Source: Guillardia theta CCMP2712 (taxonomy: Eukaryota > Protista > Cryptophyta). From it: a DNA stretch of 64,000 bases. The translations under genes were made by a program, and so were the position numbers. The first letter of the stretch is position 1, and each line of letters begins with the position of its first letter. The notes under the pieces were generated by a model. That model had not been told where the DNA came from. It ran no database searches and saw nothing but the letters and a program-made list of their open reading frames with translations. The DNA lies in the NCBI RefSeq assembly GCF_000315625.1, contig NW_005434629.1:1-64000 (forward strand), read 5' to 3'. Shown piece after piece: positions 28,677-39,599 of the stretch.

Positions 28677-31277
28677 GTAACTGTACAGCAGCTTGCTTGT
28701 CTCGTTCTTCCAATGGTGCATGTCCCTCGAGAATCTGCGGATTCACCTCGTTCGATTCCGTTGACTGCACTTCATGATCCTCCGATGCTTTATTGTCTGC
28801 GGTTTGCAAATCTTGTTGCGCTATTATTTTTGCCTGAGAGTCGTGGTCAATAGTCGCACTGTTTTGATCCTCTTTCTGCTCTGAATTGTTTCCAACAAGC
28901 TCCGCATCTGGCTGCAAGATTTGCACTTCTACTGCACCTGCCGTGGGAGGCTCAAGTTGTTGCGGCGATTGATTAGCCGGGTCTGAAAGTGCACAGTAGC
29001 CGTCCCGTGAAGTTTCAGGGCAAGTCTGCTCCAAACCTTTCGGTACATCAAGCTTTTCGTCTGTCGACGACGAATTCGTTTGAATGTAATGCCTTCCATT
29101 CGCTTCCACATGGTTTGAGGGTATCTGCACTGAGACTACTGCGTTACCTAACGTATCTGTGACTTGCGGGGTTTTATCAGACCCTTGTCCCTCAATATCA
29201 CCCTTACCGTGCTGCACCAAATCAGAACTTTCTAGTCCTGACTTGTCAGCTTGGGGCACTATGTTGGACTTTGTCGCATTTGGCGTCTCAGCAGCTGACG
29301 TAGCTTCAACTTGCGGATCGTTCATTTGGCTAGAAGTGGGGGCATGGCTGCCTTTGAGGTCGTCATCACGCAGTGATTCAACATTTGGCACAGAAATCTG
29401 CATTGGATCGCTGGATGGAGCTGTGGATCCCTCATCTTGGTTCCGAACGTCAGTTGATCCTGAAGGATCTACTCGATCAATCAGAGTGATCGTGCAATTT
29501 GAGCTTTCCTGATCCTGTAGAACAATCAGTGGATATAGAGGAACAAGAATACAGCAAGGAAAAGTGATCAAAAGCTTACACCAACCTGGACTAGGTTGGA
29601 GGGACTGGTCGCAATAGCAGGAGCTTGTATCAACTCTTCTCCAGCGCCAGCACGTTGATTCTTGAAGTTCTCTGTCTCTATTTCGAGTTTTGAATCGAGC
29701 GATTCCCCATTCTCTTTATCCTTCTTGCCACAAGTTTCGTTTTGAACATGTTCCCCATTCTCCTCTTGCTTTGTTTCACTCAAGGATTGAATCTCTGACA
29801 TCTGTGGCAGACCGCCTGCTGCCTTTCCCAGTTTCACAGGATCAAGATCGTCTTGTTTGGCACTTGCAGTCTTGACGAGGTTTTCCTCCATGCATTCGTC
29901 GTTGTGATGTTCACTGCATTTTTCAGTAGCTATTTCAATCCCTTGCTCACATTCGGTTTGATTGTGTGAGCTAATGGCCTTGACCTCGTTGTCAAGGGAT
30001 TCTGTAATTCCAACCTGAATAGAGCTCAAGCTGTTTGCATCCATCGGAACAAGATGTATTTGCCTCTACTCAATCCAATATGGAGCTTTAAAATGCTTCA
30101 TGGCAGAAAAGACTGAGTCAAATCATGCCCATCCATGAGTATTTGACTTTAGATCAGCCAACAAGAAACGTTCCAGAAATGAAATACTGCTCGCTACATT
30201 AACAAGAGTACATCATTTTCACTCTCGGTGAGAAACAATTTGCGTTGAAACAAATCATTGGCTATGTAGGAACTTCCTTCGGAATGTTGCCACCGCACTC
30301 TACCATTCTCAATGGCTGTTGACCTACTAACACAGCACGAAAGGTCCTGTCTGGAATCCAGAGAGTGAGACCTGCATACAGATGTCAGCGTCAAAACTCA
30401 GTAATAAAAATCATGAGAAGATGCATGGTATGGAACAAATCGAGTTGAAACAGCGAAGAGCAAGTATCAGGAGACGACATCGAGACCATTCTGCAGTGTG
30501 CAAACACTTTGAGATGGCAGAAGACCGTATCGGATGAACAATGATACAACTCTCTTCTATCTCAAGAAGTGATGCAACTTCTAGACAAACACGGAAATTC
30601 GACTCCTAGCATCCGGGCAAGCATCACTGAACACACCGGACAGCCTTACTCAAGTTCACTCAATCTCTCAAGTTCACTCAATCTCTCAATCATGTGTATT
30701 ACGGCATCACTTTCCCTTCTCATGGTTCTGCACATCATAATCTCTCTTACGTGACTTCCTTGGCTCTGTCCTCCCTCCTTCCCTCCCTCTTCTCCTGTCT
30801 CCTCACTTTGCAATCACACCTTGCAAGGAGCCTCTAAGCCTTCAACACTCTGCCCTGCTCTTATCTCTCTGCTGGTCTGCTCAGAAATATTTTCAAACAT
30901 ATTTCATCAACCTCCCCTCCTGTCCCCTTTCCCCTCCACTGTCCTCCCCCTTCCCCCTCCTTTCCCCTCTCCTCCTCCCCTGCCCCCCCCCCTCTTCCCG
31001 TCCTCTCCCCATATCCCCTCTCCCGTCCCTTCATTCCCCCTTCCCCACCCTTCTTCTTTTCCTTCTGCTCTTCCCATCTCCTCGTGCTCGGAGCACTCCG
31101 CACCCTGACCACCCACCTTTCCTTCCATTCCAATCAGCGAGTCGCCCTTGCTTCCATACTTTTCACTATAACCTTCCTCTCTGTCTCTCTTGTCCCTCCT
31201 CCTCCTCCCTCCTCACCCACTCTGCATCAGATCAATCTTCATCCCTCCACCTGCCCACCCCTTACCTCGGCTGCCAT
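20442..31277 (-). CDS. Very large low-complexity polyQ protein with C-terminal OTU deubiquitinase domain (OTUD6/Otu2-like); 5' end tentative
   Basis: OTU motifs IPADGHCLF, AWGGQHEI and EHYNSV at 20442-21000. ORFs 29568-30044, 24718-29571, 23841-24713, 23532-23825, 22949-23320, 22514-22939, 21954-22253 and 20810-21451 join in frame through short GT-AG introns with no intergenic gap. Basic NLS-like motifs KRGRKK and KRRGRKKK. Putative first micro-exon ATGGCAGCCGAG|gtaag at 31277-31266. Confidence 0.7.
27590..28680 (-). repeat. Coding CAG repeats in two blocks with GACGT(C/G) and CACATC interruptions
   Basis: Units QQQQDV and QQQQQQQHI in the minus-strand ORF; (CTG)n on the + strand. Confidence 0.95.
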
Positions 31278-31339
31278 GGCTGCCCGCGCTTCTCAGTTGA
31301 CTAAAATAATCTCTATGCATACATGTTAACTGAATTCTA

Positions 31340-31712
31340 CGGCCATTGTGACGGTCACTATCCGATAGCACTACGGTATCCTGGCTGGGGCCGGGCCCCG
31401 GCGGACTGCCGCAGTGCCGCGGCCCCGGGCCTCACGCCGGCCCGCGGCGCCGCGGATCGATGCTGGCCGCGTTGAAAGCGGCTCTTGACTCATCGTGGTA
31501 ACTGGCCAACGGCCAACCGTTGAACTTTACTCAAAGTTAAGTTAAAAATCAGTACGAGTTGAACGGTCTTCACGCCGTTCAGCCTGGGCCCAGTCCCTAC
31601 GCGCCGCGTGCCACCCGCGCCGGCACTCGGAGTGGAAACCCGCCGGACTCCCGGAGTTCGGAACCCGGCATTCCAGGGGCCCGCCGCCCGGCCGGAGTCG
31701 CCGGTACTAGTT
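31340..31712. promoter_or_regulatory. CGG/CCG-rich intergenic island 2
   Basis: Same vocabulary, including TGACTCA (~31487), TTGAAC and ACGGT; followed by an AT-rich block at 31712-31870. Confidence 0.5.
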
Positions 31713-32288
31713 GCAAATATTTTAAATTGTACCATAGACAAGATTTTAGATCTGAATGACATTCAAATACCAAATTGATAAGTAAAATTTCAACATTTAT
31801 CTAGGTATGAGATGGAAATCTGAGACAAAATGTATTTTATAATGGTTCTCAGTTTTAAAAATGTACGTAGTAAGACCTTCGACCCCTTTTCGTAATGATG
31901 ATGGGCGGTCGAGGGCGAACGGGGAGGGATGGGATGGAGGACGAGCAGCGTCACGAGGAAGAGAAGAAGTAGGAGGAGCAAGACAGTGGGGAAGAGCAGA
32001 GTTCTCTCGTTGTTGACTCCTGTTTGAAATGTTTGTTGCTTTTGTGCCTCCCCCCCGCCCCCCCTTCTTTCCCAGCATGCCTTGCGCCCCTTCGTCTTTC
32101 TTGGTCCCACTTGCTCTTTCCCGTCCCACCTGCTGTCACCCACCCTGCCATCTTCTCATCTACTGTCCCCTCTCCATCCTTTCCTTTCCTACCCTGACCT
32201 CTACGTGTTTCAAAGACTGCTGTCTGAGTGACTTTTTGCTCCCTCAGTTCCCGGAAATACTTCGGAGGGCTCCTCTTGCGCCGTCGAG

Positions 32289-34085
32289 ATGGATGGACAT
32301 CTGGTAGGGCTGCAAGAGGATCTTCTGGACACGTTTGAGGCACAGCCAGTGAAGGATAGCTTTCACTGCTTGCCCATCTCGCCAGCAGACGTGCAGACTG
32401 ATTCATGGTTGAACACCTGGGTAGATGCTGAGAGCGGGGGAACGCCGTTGGAGCCGGTTTCATCCAGGACATGGCAGAGCGGCACCGAGTTTGAAGACGT
32501 TTATCTTCCTGCTGCTCCTGCTGCTCCTGCTGCTTCTCATATGCTGTCAAGAAGTTTGTTGGCCGACCATCAGTATGCAATGTCGTACGAGGCTTCGAGG
32601 ACAGTGAGGTATGAAGATGAGAAGATCTGGTCTGGATCTGCTGTCATGGAGTCATATCATCTGTCCGAAGGCGCTGTATTGGCTCCTCATGGTGAGGAGG
32701 ACTGTGCCTGGGCAGACCGAGCAGGCTGTGCGGAGCGACAAGGGGCAGATATTGTTGTGTGGGGAAGACCCGACTCGTTGGATTTGGTGCAAAGAATGAA
32801 TGTCAAGATAGCAAAGGAAGACAGGATGCTGGTGAAGGAGAAGAGGAGGACTGGAACGAGACGGGTGGGCAGGAACTCTGCATGCAGGCTCTGCAAGCTA
32901 CGGAAAGTGAAGTGCGATAATGTCCTGCCTTGCACTTCTTGTATCTTTCTCGGGAAGGAGTATGAATGCCTCATGCAGAACTCCCTCTCCTCCCCTCCGC
33001 AGCAGAAGCCGCTGCTTCGAACCTTGGAGAGCCGGTTCATGGCTTTCGACGACGAGGGCAACTGCAACCTTGCCCTGCTCCAGCGCTCGGCCAAGACCCT
33101 CCGCATCAACATCGGGGCCATCCGGAGGTCGTGGGAGCATGGGTATCCGCTGACCACTCTCCTCCGGATTTTCAAGAGCATCCCAGGGGAGTTGCAGGAC
33201 GCCATCGAGCAGGGACTGCAGGCCCTCAAAGCCATCGCCACCATCCGAGCGAAGAGCATAGGAGTTGGTGCGAGGAGCGAGGACGACGAGGTTGATATGC
33301 GGGAGCTGGAGGAAAGGATAGCCATGCGGTTCGGGGTTCGCCATGATCGCTGGTTATCGCTCAGGATCGACCGCTTGACGGGGTGCAGGAAGGACTGCAT
33401 GTTTGGATCTCAGATGTGCCACTGCTTGGGGCTCAGCCCGGATGAGTTTGTTCCTCAGTTCCTCGAGAACAGGCTGGAATCTCACACTGAGTTCGACTTC
33501 ATCTGCTTGTGCCTCGACATCCTCTCCAACCCCCGGGACCGCATCAGCGAGAGGTTCTGGCGCATCTCGAGGAAGGGACCCGGGGACGAGCTGGTCGCGG
33601 GCCTCGTGCGGGTCACGATCGCACGAGACTTCGACGAGCATGGCTGTCTCACACGCATCACTCTCTATTACGACGAGGTGGACGAGGAAGACTTCAGTCG
33701 CTGCCTGGCTCGCAACCCAAGCATGTGGCCGAGCCTCGACCCTCTCGCGCACGAGCTCCCGTCCTACCAGGACCTCCTGACTGGCTTCAAGAAGGACCTT
33801 CAGTTCCGCGAGAAGATCGCCTACATCCGCAAGAGCAACGCCGGGATGAAGCGGCTGGACCAGCTGACTCACAAGGTGAGATTTGCGCCTTCCTCGACGC
33901 CTCCTCATTCTCCTCACGACAGATCCGCGAGAGTTTCAAGCCCTTCCTGGAAGCCAGCAGCGCCTTGCAGGTCTGAGCTCCTCTCCTCTCCTCGACGTCC
34001 TGACGTGAGCTTGATTGCATAGGGAGACGGCAGAGCAGCTCTGAGCGTGGGACCGTTCTCATACGGCTACTTCGAGAGGACATAG
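32289..34085 (+). CDS. Zn(II)2Cys6 binuclear-cluster (GAL4-type) transcription factor
   Basis: ACRLCKLRKVKCDNVLPCTSCIFLGKEYEC fits C-x2-C-x6-C-x5-C-x2-C-x8-C and is preceded by a basic stretch. Introns at ~33876 and probably ~33971; stop at ~33976 or ~34085. Confidence 0.88.
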
Positions 34086-34180
34086 CAGGAGCCTTTCTCT
34101 TCTTTCCCCTTCTCAACAACTTTATGCTTATAAAATCCATGAAACTCATCAAAAACCTCTCTTGCGCCTGCGCTGACCTC

Positions 34181-37100
34181 CTATGCCGACGGCTGGGTGG
34201 GGGCGGTGAAGAGAGAGCGGAAAATGGTACCCTTGAGACCCGTCAGGATCGCAGCGATGAGGGAGAGCGACATGTAGCGCAGCACGTCCCAGGTGACGGG
34301 GTAGCCCAGCACAGTGGGGGGGCGATCAAACTGCTGGATGTACCTCGCCGTCTGCTCTATGAGGACCTGCAGCTCCTGCCTCGCCCGCTCGCTCTTGGGT
34401 GTGATCATGACTGACTCCCCCAGGGCACCACCCGTTACCGAGCCCTTCATCGAGGACCGGGAGGACGGGGCCCGGGAGAAGCAGTTGTTCTGTCCTCGGA
34501 AGTTGAAGGAGCTGGTGGATGCTCGACGGAGTTCCCTCCCATCCCCTGGCTCCTCTTGCACCTCGCATTGCCCATTCTGCTCAGACTCCTCCATGCTGCC
34601 TGAAGCGGCGATGTCCAGGGAGCTGTCGAGGGGCTGGTGAACGATGCCGGAGGCGCTGAGGGAGAAGCGGAAGCGGGACATGTCCTGATCTGGATCTGCT
34701 GGAGGAGGATCGCTCTCGAGGTAGACCTGGCTCCTAGCATTCAGGCTGGCTCGGTAGTACTCCGCATGGAGGAGGTGAATGTCGCTACGGCACATGTCGT
34801 ACACGGCGAGCTTCAGGTACATGATGGCGCACAGGACGCAGCTGAAGACGATGCAGTCGAGAAGGGCCCAGAGGTCAAGGACATTGATCGGCCTGGCTGC
34901 ATTGCCCCCCCTTCCTCCCGCCAGCCACCAGTCGTAGTGGTTGAGGACCAGGATGACGGATAGGACAAGCAGAACGAACATCATGTAGGTGAAGACAACG
35001 TCACGTTGCGCGCTCTTGAAGCCGCCGCAGGAGTCGATCAGCAGCTGCCTGATACGACACCACAAGATGAGATCCTTTTCCTCCTGCAGCGACAAGAATG
35101 GCATGAAGCCTCTCCCATCCCATCTGCCCACTCTCTCCTGCAGTGCCTTGTCTGACCTGACCGTCCTCAACCATTTCCTCCTGTACGTGAGGTAGTAGCC
35201 CGGTGTGGTGGATGCTCTGAACAACTTCAGTTTGTAGTAGAAAGCCAGATCGTTGTAGAAGATGTCGAACGTGATGAACAGGAGCCGGTAGACAAGGTAG
35301 CCAGCCACAGCGGCAGCTGGCAGAGTCACGAAGGCATGCAGGTAGTGATCTCCTCCAAACAGCAGGTTCCATGCTACACTCCTCCTCTCCGCGTCGGTGC
35401 ATGTGGGGCCGAGGACTTCAGTCCACTCCCATCCACCTGAGAAGCACTGGCCCTCCTGCGATCTTTGGCGAGAGCTCGAGCTTGTCATGTAATAATTGTA
35501 CACTCTGCGCAGGATTGGGACCAGGAAGTGCAACAGTCCCATGGCACAGGAGAGAATGCGGGCAAGGTACTTGAACTGACTTGCAGGAGTGCAAAGATCC
35601 GCAATCAGCCCGATTCTCTCGACCACATGACCTTCAGGCGTGTGAGCTCTGAAGGCAAACATGGCTCTCAGATCCTCCTGCTTCGATTCTCCTGTCAGCA
35701 CGTACTTCCTCCTCATTACCAGCCCCCTGTGCTCGAACGCTGAGATGGTGGCCACGATCAGCCCGACAAGCTGGTATAGGACGATCGGGCCCATGGACTC
35801 GACGATGGAGATGTTGGTCATGTACTCGGAGTAGTAGAGGTACAGCCCAAGAGACATGCAAGAGGGCAGCCAGAGTTTCATCAGGTACCACTGGAAGTCT
35901 CGGTACTGGTTGTACGGTAGCGGAAGCCAGCAGGCATCGCTCATGATCTGAAAGAGCCGTGTCTTTGACTTGGGCAGGAGGGATTGAATAATGCAGATCG
36001 GGTGAGTAATCACAGCAAGATTGTCCGCTAAGAAAGCTGCAGGGCGGCGTCAGGCGAAAGGAAAATCAGCGTGGGTCGTACCGTAGAGAAACTTCTTGAA
36101 TCGAAAGCGCTGGTGTGTCTTTTCTATTCCAAACATCCTGCCCACGGCTCTACGAGAAAAGGGTGTAAAAATTCAGAGTCGGCAGCGTTGCTGCTCACCG
36201 ATGGTAGTGCATGCGTCGATCCGGTGCAGCAGACTTCAAAGTCTGCGCGAACGCAACCATGAATTCCTGACACAACAGCTCAGGTCGAGGCGCTGCTTCA
36301 CATCGAGCTCAGACCTTGGCTCCGAATGTGAGAGCGTTTGGATTCAAGTTGGGAAGGACCTTGAGGTTCTCAACCAGCAAGAAGAGGAATTCATCTCCAA
36401 ACTCGCACTTGAAACAAATTCAGAAAGGATCATGCGCAGAGCAGCACTTGTCAAAGGACTTACCTTCCTAACAGTGGCTGTTAGATCGGAGACAGAAAGC
36501 AAGTTGCCCTTGGGACCATCATCGTCTCGACCCGTCTCATGGTATGATTTACACGGGTGGGCCCCTGCCGTCCAAGCCTCCAGTCAGAATCCATGAGCAA
36601 TGCTGAGACGAGGAATACCGTCCCACGACAGATGAAAAGCGTCGTAAACAGCTCTGATTTGGTGGCACGTGGTTGTCTCGTCACTGCATCCGTCGTCAAT
36701 CAACATCCATCCCCACCCTCCTCATCTGATCGCACCAACAGTCCTCGCATTTGAACGCTTCGATCAAAATCTTCTCCTGGGTGCTGGTGAAGTCGAACTT
36801 GATTTTTCCCAAGAGCTGTCCCACACTCATCACTCCAGGAGCTACAGCAACAAGTCGGGAGCTACTTACCCCTGCCAACCTGCTCTTGGGGTCAGATGAA
36901 GTTCTCTCCGGTGTGAGCAAACTTTCGATTGCAGCAGAGGCCTGAGTGTATGACATGAGTCCATTCCATCGCAAGTGCGAATCATTTCAGTGCCTTACCG
37001 TCCTCGAGAAGCTCATAGAGATCAGTTTTGTCCCTCCAGACGTTGTGCGCGTGAAGATGGAGTTGTTGGATGAGCTGCCAGTCCTCCCCAGCTGATGACC

Positions 37101-38056
37101 TGGCGCGATGAAAGAGGTCCTCGGTGAATTGGTCAAGGGCCTCGGCAGTTCGAACTTGTCGCCCCCACTCGGAGATCGCTGAAAGGAATGCAGTCACGAC
37201 ATGAGCGACCAGCTTCAGAAATGCTCACAGCGGATTCAACGCTTCTTGTTCGCTCCAGGTCCGAGAGGCTCGTACGAGATTCTATCGAGTCTGCCACTAA
37301 AGTCACTCACTTCTCTCCTCCTCCTCGGCCCTGGGTTCCTGACCTCGCCGCAAAATTTCTGTTGCGGACGGTGTTAGGCTAACAAGCTCTGATGTCTGCG
37401 AATACACGTCAGGAGACAGATCTGCACTAGCGTCTCTTACATCCATCGGCCTGTCACGAGATTGAATTTTGCTCGGGCGAGCTGGGATGGAGCCAAGAGT
37501 AAGCGATGGCTCAAGGAGGACAGGAGCAACGCAAAACAGGGAAAGCTAGAGAAAGAAACGACGGAGAGCAAACAATGGCAAGCACAACTAGTTCGAGAGA
37601 GCAGGGGTCAGCTGCCTACCCATATCGTGACTCCCATCCATCTCATCAGAGATAGAGAGCTTGCGCTTGCGAATGCCTTCATCTAGATTGGTAGAGAGGG
37701 GTGGGTGGGTGGGAGGGAGAAGGGAGATATATGAAGAAGAGACAAGAAAAGTAGATGGTTGGCAAGGTGCGACTCATTAGAACGAGATCGCATCAAGGAG
37801 AAAATCGTACTCCCATTGACGGCCATGGCGACGTCTTCAGCCGCATTTCCTACCACCCTTTGTTACATGCCGCTGATGAAAATGCAAATCGACAACCATT
37901 AGAATGCACAGCGGGTAAAATTCCTGCAGCACCGCCATCCTCATTGGCATGCACACCATGCTCGTGCTGCTGTACTGGGGGAGACTGCTCCCCATTGCCG
38001 TCCTGCCCCATCAAATGTTCTCCACCATTCTCACCCGCGTTCGCACCTTCCTCCAT
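34181..38056 (-). CDS. Polytopic membrane protein, PHTF / 7TM ion-channel (GRL)-like; 5' exons approximate
   Basis: 610-aa terminal exon with ~7 hydrophobic helices. The segments DLILWCRIRQLL and YIQQFDRPPTVLGYPVTWDVLRYMSLSLIAAILT resemble the PHTF C-terminal region. Upstream coding exons extend to an ATG (MEEGANAGE) near 38056. Confidence 0.55.
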
Positions 38057-38737
38057 GGCTGTCACTTGTTTCCTGCCTCCCGCTTTCCCTCCTGCTCCTC
38101 CTCCTTCTCCCCCCCCTGCTGCTTCCCCTCCTCTTCGTCGGCTTCTGCTTTCCACCACCATCCTCCATCAAAGCCGCCCCCTGCACCCCTACCCCTACTT
38201 GCTATGAGAATCTGACCCCTACCCCCAGTGGCCCCTTGTTTACCTCCCCACCCCTTAGTCGGACATGGGACAGTATATCCAGGACCGGTAGTTTCCCTTT
38301 AGAGTACCCTACCCTATTGGTTCATTTTGTCTGGTCCAGGGTACGATCTCGCCGTACCCCCCACCTCAACTCGAATCCGCATCGCCCCTTGTCCGTAGCA
38401 CCCACCCCTCATTTTCCATAGAAATCCTTATTAAAGTACCCCTGGTCTACGTACTCGGACCCACCTCGAGAGTTTCACCCCGGCCAACTCGGACCCCCTA
38501 AAATATCATGAAAAACACCACCGGTACTTTGAGGCACAGGGAAAAAATTGACGGGAATGATCCCGTGAAACTGAAATAAATAAGGTTCACAGGATATTTC
38601 CAGCAAGAACCTAATGAATGACCGTTGGAGAGCGGTTACACTCTTATCGTTACACTTCCCCATCTCCGTTACCCAAGGCATTCGAAGGGTTGCGCGGCCT
38701 TTCGTGAGGAGTCGCGCGGCTCTTGAGGGGGTGAGGG

Positions 38738-38744
38738 TATAAAA
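38738..38744 (+). promoter_or_regulatory. TATA box of the ejectisin-like gene
   Basis: TATAAAA ~25 nt before a short non-coding exon (ACACAAAGCAG|gt at 38778). The 5'UTR intron 38778-38976 ends 2 nt before the ATG. Confidence 0.7.
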
Positions 38745-38978
38745 AGAGGAGGGGAGCGAAGCCTGCACACAAAGCAGGTGACATGCAGACCTGTCTATGT
38801 ACTATAATTGGATGTGAATGAGTGGAAGATGGAAGCTGTGCCTTCCGATCTCCCTTTCAGTTCTCCTGGCTTCCCTCTTTCCCTGTCCAGCTCATCTTAT
38901 CCTGTTGTTGATTGGATTTTGTTTGTGAAGTTCTGTGTCTCGCTCACTCGAGAAAGTTTTTGACTTGTTGCTGCAGCA

Positions 38979-39149
38979 ATGATCCAGAAGCTCTTCGATC
39001 TTGAGGACTACGCCGGTACCTACCGCGAGACCCGCAACGCCTACCTCAAGGCTGCCAACCAGCTCAAGCTCGCCACCGGCCCCTACAAGGCTGCCCGTGA
39101 TGCCTACGTTGCTGCCACCGCCACCTACACCAAGTCCCTCTACGAGTAA
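38979..39149 (+). CDS. 56-aa ejectisin / Tri-family-like ejectisome ribbon protein
   Basis: MIQKLFDLEDYAGTYRETRNAYLKAANQLKLATGPYKAARDAYVAATATYTKSLYE*. Extreme codon bias (TAC, AAG, GCC/GCT, ACC), a TATA box and a 5'UTR intron support a real gene. Size (~6 kDa) and Tyr/Ala/Thr composition fit cryptophyte ejectisins; the family call is from recall. Confidence 0.75.
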   Translation: MIQKLFDLEDYAGTYRETRNAYLKAANQLKLATGPYKAARDAYVAATATYTKSLYE

Positions 39150-39599
39150 ACTTGTCGTTGGTGTGCGCAGACAGAAGTTTGGTCGGCAGATTGCCAAACG
39201 TGCTAGGCTTCTTGTTGAGTAAACCTATCAAAAAAACCTTGGCAGTATGACTCTTATAAATCAACTTACATGTGATCTGTCCAAACTCAAGGGCTGATGA
39301 ATGCTGTGAGGAGAGCCAGAAGCGTGTAGCCATGCTTTCACATTCTGCAACGGTATTGGTATCTGATGTCTTGGTCTGAGATTCACGGCACATTTGTCTT
39401 GTGACAGTGTTAGCGTTGAAAGGCCGCCATCTTGCAATGAGCAGAAAAGCTACTTCATCTATGCTGACGACGCTATAGACTTGCAATCGGAAGGAATTGT
39501 TGTGACTGAGAACTACAAATTTTTGTGCCTAATCAGACAGGCCATTCAGGAGATATGTCACTTATGTACATTAAAGAGAAACAATAACATCAGTGCTAT

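Noticed and set aside
27312-28853. Long poly-Ala, poly-Leu, poly-Cys and poly-Ser ORFs
   Set aside because: Alternative and antisense frames of the CAG repeat; the polyQ frame is the one continuous with complex coding sequence.
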